Shown piece by piece: positions 12,721 through 25,410 of a stretch of DNA of 64,000 bases (positions are counted from its first letter, which is position 1; every line of letters starts with the position of its first letter). This DNA comes from Lama glama. Lineage: Eukaryota. The stretch covers positions 38,070,001 to 38,134,000 of the forward strand of contig CM052817.1 in NCBI GenBank assembly GCA_028534125.1, given 5' to 3'. The notes under the pieces are model-generated. The model did no database searches. It saw nothing but the letters and a program-made list of their open reading frames with translations, and was not told the DNA's origin. A program made the position numbers and the translations under genes.

Positions 12721-15035
12721 ATTCAGTGTCAAATTTCTGGCTCACATAGTCAAGGATCTTCTGAGCTGGAGTTTCTGATAGAAAATAATAAATGACTAAA
12801 TTCTACCTGAAGTTGTCTTAGGACTCCAGTCATTACCTATAGACAACACATTTCCAAGATTTGGCTCCGTATGAGAGCATCACTGCAGCGAGATCCCAGT
12901 ACTCGCTGTGATGTCATCTGCTGATTGGGAGATTTTGATGCCAGAAATATGAGCCTTAAGCTCAGTATCCAGGCCCAATAGCTCCCAGAGGAAACGTGTA
13001 TAACTGAAAAATTGTGCTCTACATTGGAATTTGAAATGACATTGTAAAATGACTATAACTCAATAAAAAGACTTTAAATAAATAAGTAAAAATAAAACAT
13101 ATCAATCTCTGGAAAAATAAATAGATAAATAAACTTTATGTAATGTAGGATAAAAGCATCTACGCTATTTTTGTTGCTGTTGTTTTTGTCTCTGAACTTT
13201 TTATCTTTTTCCAGGATACAGACATCGTGTCACTGACAAGGTCTCAATATTCCATCACATGTTTCCCTTTACCTGGAAACTGATATGTGTTTAAAACATA
13301 CCAAAGATAGCAGTCAACCTTTTAATTAAAAGAACAGGAGGGAAGATACATGTATTTCCTCACTGAGTTAATGTAGGCCTACCGGTATTTTTCATCTCCA
13401 TGCTATTTTTCAAATGAGTAAAAATGTTTTCATCTTCTGTAATGCGATGGAAAATATCCCAGATCTTCCGATGCTGATTCACTAAGTGCACTTACATACA
13501 ATTAGACAATATGGCAATAATGAAAGCAGCGGGTTTCTTGTTTCATTGCTTTAAGGGAATAATAAAAACGGAATCGTTCAAGACACACCACTAATTTGAA
13601 AACATTATTATTTTAAAAGAAAGTAAACAAATGAGATAAAGATGTGTTGCTTTAACCACTTATTTTTGAAAGGAAAGATCTATTTACTCTGAAGTTTCGA
13701 GGATACGGATTATGCTGTATGTGCTGTGCTTGTCTCCTACCTAGGATGCACATATAGATGTGCAATCAATGTTTTCAGAGTGAATGAATGTCCTACTTAA
13801 GAATGTAGCTCAGAAGTTGAATTCAGTGCAATCTTCTTGGAGCTTGATTTGCACCAAATCTGAGTTTGCAATATTTTAACATTAAGGAAGAAGCTATTGC
13901 TTTTTGAAAGTCTTCCTTTTAAAAATCAAGTACCTTAATATTACTAATTCCCTTGTCCATGTGAAATAGTATTTGCATTAAAAAACTGATTTTGTGTATA
14001 ATTGCTCATAGACAATATTTTCACCAATGTGAATATAAAATTGTTACTGGAAGGCAAACTATGAATGATACACTTTTCTAGGCAAAGTGTGGAGAATTTT
14101 TAGATGAGTAACATTTTGCACCTGCTTCTGAGTTGCAAACAATGTGGACTATTGGGTAAACAGAAAGATTCCAGACAAGATGCAGGGAAGGACAGTGCCA
14201 GAAGTCCAGTGACAAGGAAATGAAGCCACCCATTCCACGGAGTGAAACTTGAGTCCTCTCAATTGCACTTCAGACTTGTTTTACATTTGGCTTTATACTA
14301 GGATAAGTATGGTTTTAAAGCATGGGAAATTCCAAAGGGGCAAGGGACTCTTCTTTGTGTGTGTGTCATCGCATTTCATGTGCTTAAGAACTGTCCATTT
14401 CTACAGCTTGTTTTCAGTAACTAAAACAGAACACACTGGTCTGAAAGGTTGAGCATATGGAATTCAGTCGAGCTGAGGGAGATGACTTGCCATGTTCAGC
14501 GGTCCCTGACATGAACTGATCTGAGACGGTGGGACTTTCAGTATGCTTCGCTACTTGCAAACGTTTTCCAGGCATGCCTTTCAAAACGCTTGGAGGAAAG
14601 GCATGCAAAAGGTAGCAAAGACCATTCTGGTAAATCAGCAACATCAAAAACCTCTACCTTGGGTACAACCCAGTGCAACTACTAAGCAAACAAAATTCTC
14701 CTTCTAGGCTGGTCGTTATATAGGTAGTTGCAAAAAAAAGGTAATTTTCAAGACACCTTTCTTCTCACTGCAAATTGGATCAAACTTAACTAAATATTTG
14801 GTAACTAGTATGCACCAGTAACTTCTTCTGACCCTTTCTTCCCATAAGCAATCTTGTGCAATGCAATTTCCCTTCTTAATACTGTATTTTCAGGTACCTA
14901 TATTAGGCCACTTTTAAACTTAGTAAGAGAGTAAAGATTTGTGGTTCAAATTAGAATGGAAGCTATGCCAGAGATAACAAAAGACTTTTGGTTTCTATTT
15001 TTCTTATAAACAACAGGATAGGGTTGTGTTAATTC

Positions 15036-15070
15036 AAAAGAATAGGTATTAAAAAAAAAAGAATAGGTAT
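15036..15070 (+). mobile_element. Orphan poly(A) insertion flanked by 14-bp direct repeats
   Basis: aaaagaataggtat - taaaaaa - aaaagaataggtat, preceded by ttc (L1 endonuclease-like site). Confidence 0.65.
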
Positions 15071-17852
15071 GTTTACCTTCCAGATTTTCTAATAGTTAAC
15101 TAGTCAAATAAAATTGTTTTATTTACCAAAATAGAAGGACCATTCCTCGACATTGTCAGATAACTTCCAGCGTAATTAACACAGGTTCGGTGATCTTATT
15201 AAGCCACAAAATCGTATTTTTAAAATGCACCAAGCAGTTTGAGATATTAAGGTTGGCTTCCATGTAGACAAAAACAAAAACACAAAAACCTTTACCTTCT
15301 CTCTTAAGTAGTAATTAAACCGACTAGGAATTCTGACAAATTAACAGAGGATATTTAACCCTGTTTAACTCACCTCATGCTCCAGCAAATTATTTTTTCC
15401 TCTTCATCGATTTTCTACCTTAAAGGACACTTACTGAATTGCTGATGTACAGCCAGTATCCTCAGACAGAAATGAAGGTCATTTTTAGAAGAACCCAATC
15501 TCAAATGAAAGCACAGCCTTCTACGTGGTCACATGCATACTGTACCTTCATTACCCACAGTGAGACAGTAGGTCATTCCTCATTCTTTTTTTATTCCTGG
15601 CACAATCAGACCACACCAGGAAATTATGTGAGATGCTTCAGAGATACTGTCAGGACAGGAAATCCAAGACAATGAGCAGCATGACAACCAGTGGCAACAG
15701 GCAAACTCCAACAAGGTCTGGGTTTAGATTTGGTTTTATGTTACTGGAAGCAGATTTGCTCTGGTTTTTAATAATTCATAAGAAACAGAAATCACAATGC
15801 ACCGACTTAGTACCCACCTACAAAGAGTTCAAAAATGCCGAGTTCTCCCCCCATTCGCCCTCTTGTTCCACCAACATTTTGAAAATAAAGGGAAACAAAC
15901 AAACAAACAATGAAAAGAAAAAGAGAGTGAGAAAGAACACAGAAATGATTTAAATAATTTCAAATCCTTCTTAAACATCACGGAAGTGCATTTGATCCAT
16001 CAGGCTGACTGTTGGCTCTCACCACTAAGACCTTGCAAAGGAACTGGACGTGCACAGTTCTGCCTTCCAGGGCTGATCTAGCGCCGTAAGGGTGAGATGT
16101 GTATGAATCTGTGTGTGTGCTTTAAGTTCATTTTATAAATACAATTCTCCTCATTTGTAATAGTCTTTGAAGTCCAATCATGCAGAGTAACAGGCAGGTG
16201 CAAGTTAGGTCTTGTTGCAAGATAGACATGGCAAGGTGAACAGTTTAATGCTAACCAGGGGTGGGAGATTTGTGTCCATTAGAATATACTGGCCATTGGT
16301 CCCACATAATCAAAAGTTAGACACACAGGAGTCCACATGTAAACAGAGACTATCCATTTCAGCTTGCTGACCAAGGAAATGGGTCAAAGTGAGCCATTCC
16401 AGACAGCAAAAAGAACTGTCCAAGTGCTAAAGGAAATAACAAAATCTTATATTTTAATCACATGGAAAATAATTAATATAACTATTTACAATGTAACTTC
16501 TTTGTTTTTCTTACAGAAAGGAGTTTCCATTCTTGGTTCAGTGATATCTGTGGAAAATGTCAATCTTTCACAATTAAAACACATGTGGGGTATTGTGAGT
16601 GGGGTGGGGGTGGGGATTCCTCTTCAGGCCCAAAGTGGTTGGGATCAAAGATTCCTGGGGCAATTTTATCCCTTTGTCTGAGCTACAGAAGATAAAATTT
16701 TCAGCAAAGCTGGCTGACAGCATTTTTCACAGAGCATAATGCTTTTAAGATTTAGATTGTCATGTGTTAAGAGAATTAAATAGAAATAGATTTTGCATAC
16801 TTTAGATTTTGCAATGACTATTTAAAACTCAAAAGTCACTTTTGCCTATTGCTTTTTCCCCTGGCAGGTCATAAAAGGATTTCTGTATTCTGACCTATGC
16901 TGCTTACTCTATTTGTCAAGGCTTGTTTTCTGATTAACCAGTCAGCTGCTACCAGTATCCTTAGGTAATCATTTTCTGATAATGATAACAGATTGAGAAA
17001 AAACTATCCAGCTTCTAGGCCCTCAATTCAATAGTTTACTCCAACTGGAGGGAACTGACCAGGTGCTGGTCTACCTGTGGGGTACATTCCCTTTAAGCTC
17101 AGTCATCAAATTCTTAAAGATGCAAGATCTTCATCAGTTTTTATTCCATGAGAAGTTTGGTTGTAAGGTCAACGTGTCTCTTTCTATCACACTGGCCCAA
17201 AAAATACATATGAAAATACCAAAGTGGAAAAAATCAACCCCAGAGCAAGTAAGGAGCCAAGCCTTAGCTCTATTTGTATGTGATACTTCAATATGAAAGA
17301 TTTGTTCCATTTCTTTCTTATCCGTAGGGAGTTCTGGCTCAAGGTAATCAGCTCCCAAGAGCCATACAACAGGAGAGATCAGACGAGTAGAGTTTAGGAA
17401 AAGCAGCAACAGCAGAGGAGGAGCACTGGCTAGTTCTTGCCTGGTTTAATCTGAGTGGAAAAAAAAAAATCACTTCGGCCAACACGAGACATAGCCTAAC
17501 ATCAAGCACTTCTAAGATGCTGGCTGGAGACGGGCTTCTGTCTCCTGATGTCATTTTGTGACTGATGAAACGCCCCTTGTGACTCACCTTCCCAGATGCC
17601 TGCTGTCTGCGCTGAATCCCATGCGTTTAAAAAGCTGAGAGTGGAGATGCCACGGCATAGCAAGAGGAGAGCAGGGAGGAAGGAAAGAGCGAACAGTGTG
17701 GAGAAGACAAGCCACAAGGGGGTGGGGAGCTGGGGGACCGTGACAGGAAGGAAGAAGAGAGGGCTCCCAGGAACATGGAAGCATTTTAAAAATCAGGTCA
17801 TTTGCAACATTAACCAAAACCAATGGCAGCCAGATGGAGAAACCGGGCCACT

Positions 17853-17858
17853 TTTATT
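17853..17858 (-). terminator. MAPK10: Candidate distal poly(A) signal AATAAA
   Basis: tttatt on + equals AATAAA on -, about 2.05 kb after the stop, followed on - by U/GU-rich sequence (ttggttttggttaatgttg). Confidence 0.6.
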
Positions 17859-19167
17859 CCAGAAGACAAGCTGCACAGTTGAGTGTTTTCCCTCTGCATT
17901 TTAAACAAGTGACCTCTCATCACGACGCCTGCTGTGTGAAGCAATCCCTTAAATGGCAGCCTCGCCCCGTGGCGGTGGTGGGGGGGTTGACTCTATTGCT
18001 TGAGAAGAGACAGACGCAGCTTCCCTAGTGTTGTGTTTAAGGCAGTTTTCAGGGCGCTGGCGTTCTCGGCTGCTCTGTTTTCAAAGGGGCTCCGTTGGTC
18101 AGTCACCTCGCACTCATCCACCACCCACTCCCTGCGTTTCACTTCTTCTTCCAGTGAAATATCACCACACGGGGCGGTGAGGGGGGAGCACCAAAGTGGT
18201 CAGAGGGCGAAGAGCAGTGACGGATACTCCGCCAAAGTGAACGAGAAGAGACGCCTCGACCTGGTCCCCATTATTGCTGTAAATAGCCGGGGTGTTTCAC
18301 AGTGCCTCCTTCCAGGCCCGGGAAAGCACTTCCATTTCATTTGAGCTAAATTTAGGAGATTTTCAAAGCATTGACACAAATGCCTCATGGCTTTTAAGAC
18401 ACTCATATTGCTAAAGCTGTTCAGCAGCCTTAACTTATGGGCAGAGTTATTGCTGTCACATCTACTCCAAAACTCAGACCATCAGCCCTTCTTGGATGGT
18501 TCAAATTTATGAGGAGAAACAAACAAACATGAAACAGCAGCCATGTTAAGGAGCTGAGGAACCGCCTGACGAATGTCTGGGAAATATCTTCAGAGACTGA
18601 CCTGAGGATCACCCTGGGCTTTGGGTATTTTTTTACGTTGTTGTTGTTTGTTTTTAATTCCAGAAGAGGGAAGTAATGCTTCGTCTCAAAATAAAACCTT
18701 GGCAAGTTCTAAACCTAGAAAGTAGCACACTCATGAAAACACAGCCCACAGTCTGAAAATCGCCTGGGTATGCTCGCCTTCGGTTAAGAATATCATGTGG
18801 AGACTGTTCCCTCCGTTTCAGGGAGGGGTCCTCACCATCAGATGTGAACACGTAACCCTGCCTCACCACCTGCCACTCTGTCCAGTTGTGACATAAAATG
18901 TGTAAATGACAAATGGGGTCTCCTTTCTAAAATATGCATGCCAGTGTCTCCTAGTGTCTGGGTAATTATCTTTAAGTCTTCCTTCACAGCACAACCCTAG
19001 TCTCTAGTCTCTCCTACCCACTCGCTACCAGAGAAAAGACCCTCAGCTTGCATTCCTACCTTCTAAAGGTCAAACCATGTAGTACCTGGAAACTGGTATC
19101 CCCTCCCACCCCGCACTGTTCATAAGCATCACATATGTTCCTTCTACAAATCGGTATACAGGTGCCA

Positions 19168-19173
19168 TTTAAT
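19168..19173 (-). terminator. MAPK10: Candidate proximal poly(A) signal ATTAAA
   Basis: tttaat on + equals ATTAAA on -, about 730 nt after the stop. Confidence 0.55.
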
Positions 19174-19858
19174 CAGTTCAAGTTTGGAAGCTACATCTCC
19201 AAGGGTCCAAGAGAGCTCACTCCCCCCGTACTCCCCCCTTACATGTTTTCTTATAAGACATACAGCTTAATCAATTAACAAACTAAATAGCTTATATACT
19301 GGCAATATATTACAGATGGGTTTAAGTCAGAGTAATAGATCACATGAAATGGACCATGTGGTACCCCAGTGCGTGATGTCTCGGTAGAGCCCTGAGGACA
19401 CTGACAGTAGCATCTCTAAGTAAGTAGTGCTGTGTGAATACAGACACATGCGGGTCTGTATCTACATCCATCTGACTAGGCCAAAAGGAGCAGGTAGATG
19501 CAAGATAGAGACACACACATGCTGGACGGGGCCACTGCACACCTTGTCATGCCATTTGAAAGGGCAATTACAGATCGCTGGTTTTGCAGCCATTAAAATT
19601 ACACTTTATGGAAAAGACTTCTCTAATTGTGTTTGATTTGCTTTCTGTAGTAAGCATCATTGGAAGAAGACCAAAGCAAGAGCAACTAGAAGTTAAATAG
19701 ACATTTGGCTTAGCTGCATTACAGAACTCTGGAGAAGAAGCAGGCTGAAAGATTTGTTTCAATTTTAGGCTTGGATTCTCTCCCTTGCTGTTTTCTTGTC
19801 AGTGAGTGTCTGCATTTGTGTGTGTGCGTGAGTGTCTGCGTGTGTGTGTTCCATCACA

Positions 19859-19903
19859 TCATCTCCTGAAGAACGCCGGGTTTCGCAGGCAGGCGGCTAG
19901 TCA
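19859..19903 (-). other. MAPK10: Stop-codon readthrough signal UGA-CUAG and in-frame extension X-LAACLRNPAFFRR*
   Basis: TGA CTA GCC GCC TGC CTG CGA AAC CCG GCG TTC TTC AGG AGA TGA on the minus strand. UGA-CUAG is the established mammalian readthrough context, and MAPK10 is a known case. Confidence 0.88.
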
Positions 19904-20043
19904 CCTGCAACAACCCAGGGGTCCTGCCGAAGCTTCCAGGCTGCTGTCAGTGTCAGATGCCAGGGTCTGGTCGGTGGACATGGAGGAGATGTCATTGACA
20001 GACGAGGATGGAGGGAGACTCTCACTGCTGTTCACTGCTGCAC
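19901..20043 (-). CDS. MAPK10: MAPK10 terminal exon, long (alpha2/p54-type) isoform, [47 protein letters not shown]
   Basis: Reverse complement reads ttcattttcttag cacag|GTGCAGCAGTGAAC...TGTTGCAGGTGA. Matches the recalled JNK3 alpha2 C-terminus ending GCCR. Phase is compatible with the 9230 donor. Confidence 0.96.
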
Positions 20044-20048
20044 CTGTG
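20032..20048 (-). CDS. MAPK10: MAPK10 terminal exon, short (alpha1/p46-type) isoform via the upstream acceptor, AQVQQ*
   Basis: Upstream AG at 20050-20049 adds CACAG and shifts frame: G+CA CAG GTG CAG CAG TGA. This is the known short JNK ending. Confidence 0.93.
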
Positions 20049-21914
20049 CTAAGAAAATGAAGACCCACATGACTAAACCTGGAACTAGACTCGGCTTCAT
20101 GTCACTCAGGATGCAGGCACGGCAAAAGTGATAGGGGCTGTCTGGCCCATCATTCATTCGACACACCTTCATAGAACAGCTAACACAGGAAGTTTTAAAA
20201 ACAAAATCATGTAAGGCTCCTATCCCAGAAATGTGGGCTCAGATGAAGCCCAGAAGTCAGAATTACTTGGAGGCTACAGCTCTAGAGAAAAGAAGGGGCA
20301 CTAAGTAAATATGATTACATAGTCATTAATAGAACACCAAACTGAAAAGCCATATAGAAAAGCCATGGAGGACTGTTGATGAAAGTTACTATAGACCAGA
20401 AAAAGCACAGGAGAAGCCGGAGCACACCTCTCGGTCATGCATTTACTTTCAGCAGACTTGCATTCCTGGGAGTCTACAAATAAGAACTCTGAATTATTAA
20501 CTTAGAATAATTCTCAAAACTTTTAAAATGTATCTGCTATGTGGGAATATGAATATTTTGAAACTCTGAGAAGGAACTTGCTCATAGCAATCATTCAGTG
20601 AATACTTGCTGAGCATCAGTAGGTTTGAGGACCACAAAAGAAACTGAGCCAGAGGCATAGCAGAGTGTACTTAAACCAGAGCACCCTGAACAGAGTCCAC
20701 TTATTTTTTCTTTTTATAGATTCTTTATACTCAAGCAATATGGGTGGTGAAATGCATGCTTTGTGAAATAGTTCACTATTAAAACTATCTGTAGTATAGG
20801 CATTTAATAAAATAAGAGATGAGGAATTCTCACTAAATCATATCTAATGTGAGCAAATATAGTGTGCAAGATATATTTGGTGAAAATCGTAAATACAAAA
20901 TAAGTTACAATAGTGTTATCACAGAGACTTAATAAATCAGAAAAAAAATCTAATAAAGTGGAGAGGTTAACACAATCTCTTTGTTCCTGGGGTGGGCATT
21001 TCCTACCTGTGGAAAAAATGTGATTAAAATGTGACTGTATCTGGAAGGAACCCACACCCCTAAACTAAGACAGATTACATGTACCTTAGATGCTTTTTAA
21101 ATTTTTATTTGTTGATTATAAATATGTAAATTATGAGAAATGTGAACAAATACAGGAAAAAAGATAACAGTGTGCACTGATATTAATGATTAAAAACTAT
21201 TAAACTTTTAGAATATTTCTTTCTAGTCTTTTTGCTAGAAAGTTTCTCTAACTTGATCATTTAATATATATCCTTTTGGATCCTGATATTTTCATATACA
21301 AAAAAAGGTTATGCATTTTTCATGTTCTTTAAACTCATAAAAGTATCATTACCTCCTAATCTTAAATCTCTCTAGATTTTTAAATCTCTCTTGCTAACAT
21401 CTTCCTGTAAATAATTATACTCTCATCAGAATAATGCATAATGTAAAGCTATCTGGCTTCAATTTATTCCAACCTTACTTAATTATATCCTTTATACATA
21501 CGGTCCAGAGCTAGCTCATTTCCTCTCACAGTGTGTACCAGTAGATTTCATATGCTAGCAAACAACCCTTAATTACACAGTGCAAATGCCCAGTTCTGCT
21601 TTTCCCCTTGATTCTACATTAAATTACACCAATATGCTCGTGTCCTTTCATCAGCTTTGGTCTCTAGTAATTGAGCGTCACGGTGCTGGGCTTCTCAGAA
21701 TCATCTTCACTTTTTCCACATCATTATTAAAGGGTGGAGATTAAAACTAGACACAGGATTCTAATAAAGGCTCAATCAATTGTGAGTCATAAGAGTGAGC
21801 TTATGATCCACGCGTCTCCCGGATGGTCTATCCCTACACTATGGATGCTTTCAAATCATGGCACTACATTTTAGATTTGGCTTTGACTTGAAATATAAAA
21901 TACTGCCCACGTAC

Positions 21915-22115
21915 CTTTTGTAAGAGCTTTATTAAGATATAATTCACAAATCTACTTTGTGCAATTCTATGTTCTTTAGGGTACTCACAAAGTTGTCGCA
22001 ACAATCACTGCAATCAATTTTGCACGGTTTTCATCTCCCCAAATAACCCCATCCTCTATTTCTTACCACCCAGCCTCTGGGCAACAATTAACCTACTTTC
22101 TGTCTCTACTCTTGT
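21915..22115 (-). mobile_element. Old L1 (L1MB-like) 3' end fragment
   Basis: gctttattaagatataattcaca ... cctctgggcaacaattaacctactttctgtctcta is a typical antisense L1M 3'UTR. Confidence 0.75.
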
Positions 22116-24689
22116 GTGCAGAATAAGTACTCGATTTAACAAAACATTGAGTATCTTTCGCATGCACTCGTCTTGAGAGGTTCGGTGAGGGAAAGCACAT
22201 TTCTCCCTGTGATGAAACCGGTGGAACTGCTGACCTAGCTCTGGCCAAGCCAAGGGAAGTCGTTTTGTTGTCATCGTCTTCTTCTCCTTTGGCTCATCAG
22301 CTGACTTTCTGTAATTCCTGTCTTCTGTGTTGGAATGGTCCTGCTCTTTATTTTTACCGATGTTGAATGCAAATTGTTGTTGGCATTCAGTTATTCAAAA
22401 TTCAGAATCTTTATCAACTGTATTTCTAGGATTCCACAGACTATTGTTCCTGACTTGTTACAGCACACGTTTATTTTTAATGACATAAAAAAATGTGCTT
22501 CTGTATCTCTTTTTCTATTGTCCTGTAACAAATGCCTTCTTGACTAGAGCTACCTCTGATCTTACTGGATGAAACAGAAGAGCCCAGACATAGATTCTGG
22601 CTTCAAGTTGTTAACTTACTGTCAAGCAGTTTGTGACAATTTCTCAAACAGAACTGAACTGAACTGAATTTGATTATAATGTCCACTTGCCCAGGATACC
22701 CTAGCAATGTGATAAACATACACCTTCTCTCAGAGAAACCAATAAAGATACACATTTAGAAAATGTTTTACCATCAATAAAGCATATTTTGTCAATAAAA
22801 ATGGCATTAAAATCAAATGAAAATACTAATAGGGATGCAATAAAAAATACCAGCTATTTTCAACTTTCCTGGAAAAAAAAATAGGTTTTATGGAAAGAAG
22901 GAACTTATGATGATAAAAATTCCTTAGCTAGAAGTTATGTAGCCAGAGGTATTCATTATTTCAGGGGAAAATGTTGTTCTATTTTTCAAAGGAAGTTTTT
23001 CTCCTGACTCATCTAAACTCAAAAAAGTAGGCACAAAGAATTAGAATAAATACTATAATAAAAAAATCACAGAGATATATTTTCTTCTCTTTGTTCATAA
23101 TCTTCAGCTTTGATTGTTTGGGGCTGAGGGTTTTAAATAAAAAAAAATTATTGGATTAAATCAGCAACTCTAATTGGGAGGGACACACTACCAGGGGTGC
23201 AGAATATGGAGGGGATGGGCCTGTAAATTAAAATCACCTAAAGAGCTTTATCTTCCATTTAGAGACTGAAAAGTTTCTACCCATCCTGATGTTAAGCATC
23301 CTTATTTCAGTGATTCACTGTCACTTGTAGGCGGCTTACTTCTCAGGTGGAATGGGGGTGGTGAACAGCCTGAGAGTTTTGTATTAGATGACCTCCTCAT
23401 TTGCTCTAGCTCCAACATGTTATGATAAACGCTTTTGGAAGAAAATTAATTTCTATTCACGGACTACTATTCTCTCAGCAATCTTCACAAATCAATTCAG
23501 AAAGCAAGGAGCCCTGCTATTCTTGAAAATAAATCACTACTCAAGTGAAATCAGATAGCAGAAGGGAGTACAATTATTTATTTAGAAATGTATCTGAAGT
23601 TCAGATTTATTTCTTATTGATATACAACAATTCCATCAATAAATTTCAAACCTATGTATTATTCTACAAATGCACATTTAACTTCCTATTTACATTTTAA
23701 AAGCATCACTGAAGCATGAGTTTGGGTATTAGAGGAATTTCATCACTGAGAAACTGCATTAATTTATTCCCTTGCTGCCTGGTTCCCAGCGTTGCTATGA
23801 CTGAACATTAAGGGAGTCTATGTTGTAATATTACTCCATTCTAGCTTGTTACAAAATAAAATGTGATATACAACCTTAATGAGAAAAGGTGAATAGAATG
23901 AAGAGTGCAGAAAAAGATGATGTTTCCAGCTTTCTTATTAATTGCTTTTGCTTTCCAGCATAGTTTACTGCATATATACATATTATACATAAACACACAC
24001 ACACACACAGTGGTGTGCCAATAAAAATCTGACAATTGACTCTCCACAGGGAAAGAATGCCTGATTTATAGAGACAACCAGTTTCTATGTCTTAATCCTG
24101 CATGGGGGATTTCAAGTCACCAATATGAGGTCAAAAAGCTCCAAGTGGATGTACACAAGGGGCTCTCATGAGCCGGCCGAGCTGCTCCAGCACATGACCA
24201 TCCTACGTCTGTACACGATGCACACACATGTATCAGACATAAATATGTCGTGTCATTATATCATACTTATGATTTCTCGAAATTAAGCCGGGAATATTTT
24301 CATTTAACATCATGTAGTGAAAGACTGAATTCACAATCACTTGAACTATAAGTTGTTTAAGCCAGCCAACTGTAGTTTTGACCCTGTGTATGAGGTAGAT
24401 AATGTAGTACTGTTACAGGGAGTTGGAATGGTTAAAAAAGGTTTAGCCTTCTCCCAGGCACAGAGAACCTAAGGGGCATATTTTAGAATTAATCATTAAC
24501 ATATTAAACTAAACAGGCCTGCAAAAAAAAAATCTGGAATATACATTTTCCAAAATGAGTAAATCAAATAACCAACTGAAAGCAGCAAACCTTTATCTGA
24601 AGCATAAACAAATGCAAAGTGCTACAATCCCGTCCTGAATTCTGTCTTTGGAATAGGACAAAGAAACATGCTGAGGGAGGGCCTGAACA

Positions 24690-25410
24690 GTAACTTTCAA
24701 ATTAATAAATATTTATCAAGCTACTATGACTTGCAAGGCGTAACACTTAGGTACCGCATGGTACCCAAAGATGAATACATACAGCCTTTCTTCTCAGTAA
24801 ATTTACAATCAAATCGGGTGATAAGACAACATTCAACATACAAGGACTAGTAGGACCCATAGGAAAGAAAGTTCCTATTCTTCGGGAAGATGTGAAAAAC
24901 ATTTTGGGACAAGGTGGTATTTGATAAGAGAACACTTTGAATGGGCAGCATTCCAAAAGGTGGGGGTCCAGTCAAGTAAGACAGCCGTAATCCAGGACCT
25001 TAGATAGGGTGTCATGTAAAAGGTGGGAAAACGTGGACTGTATTACAGAAGGCTATCGGAATCAGAGAGAGGTTTCTAGGCTGACATGACAAGTGATGCA
25101 AAGCCTTTGGAGGTATTGGTCAGTGGAATTCTTGATCAAACCTATAGACTGAAGTTTGGAAAACTACTTCAGGAAAACTCCAGTCATAGTGGTGTTAATG
25201 GAAAAGGATGACAGCAATTAGATGTACGGCACCTAGCAAGCAAAAATTTTAGGATGTGTCTGTCAATCACAAGATGAGGATAGAATAAAAGATCAATCGG
25301 GGTTTCAGGCTGGAGAGGCTGAGAAAATGGAGTTGTCATTAACAGAAAAGGGAAAGTTGAGAAAAAATTTATGCTGAGCGAGTGAACAGAGCAGGTGTGT
25401 TTGATTTTAA
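24690..25410 (-). mobile_element. Degraded LINE-2 fragment
   Basis: aataaatatttatcaagctactatg ... purine-rich antisense L2 pattern. Confidence 0.55.

Larger units (their letters stand above)
17830..19900 (-). other. MAPK10: MAPK10 3'UTR (about 2 kb form; longer forms may extend further toward 13 kb)
   Basis: Repeat-poor, CpG-retaining sequence directly downstream of the stop, with poly(A) hexamers at 19168-19173 and 17853-17858 on -. The 3' end is estimated. Confidence 0.7.

Noticed and set aside
13060..13135. Multiple AATAAA hexamers as the MAPK10 distal poly(A) site
   Set aside because: They are on the + strand, opposite to the MAPK10 terminal exon in this contig, and lie in low-complexity A-rich sequence.
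17502..18406. Cluster of overlapping 64-114 aa ORFs
   Set aside because: Explained by the higher GC content of the MAPK10 3'UTR. No homology recognised.
19806..20060. 84-aa + strand ORF
   Set aside because: Antisense shadow of the MAPK10 terminal exon.
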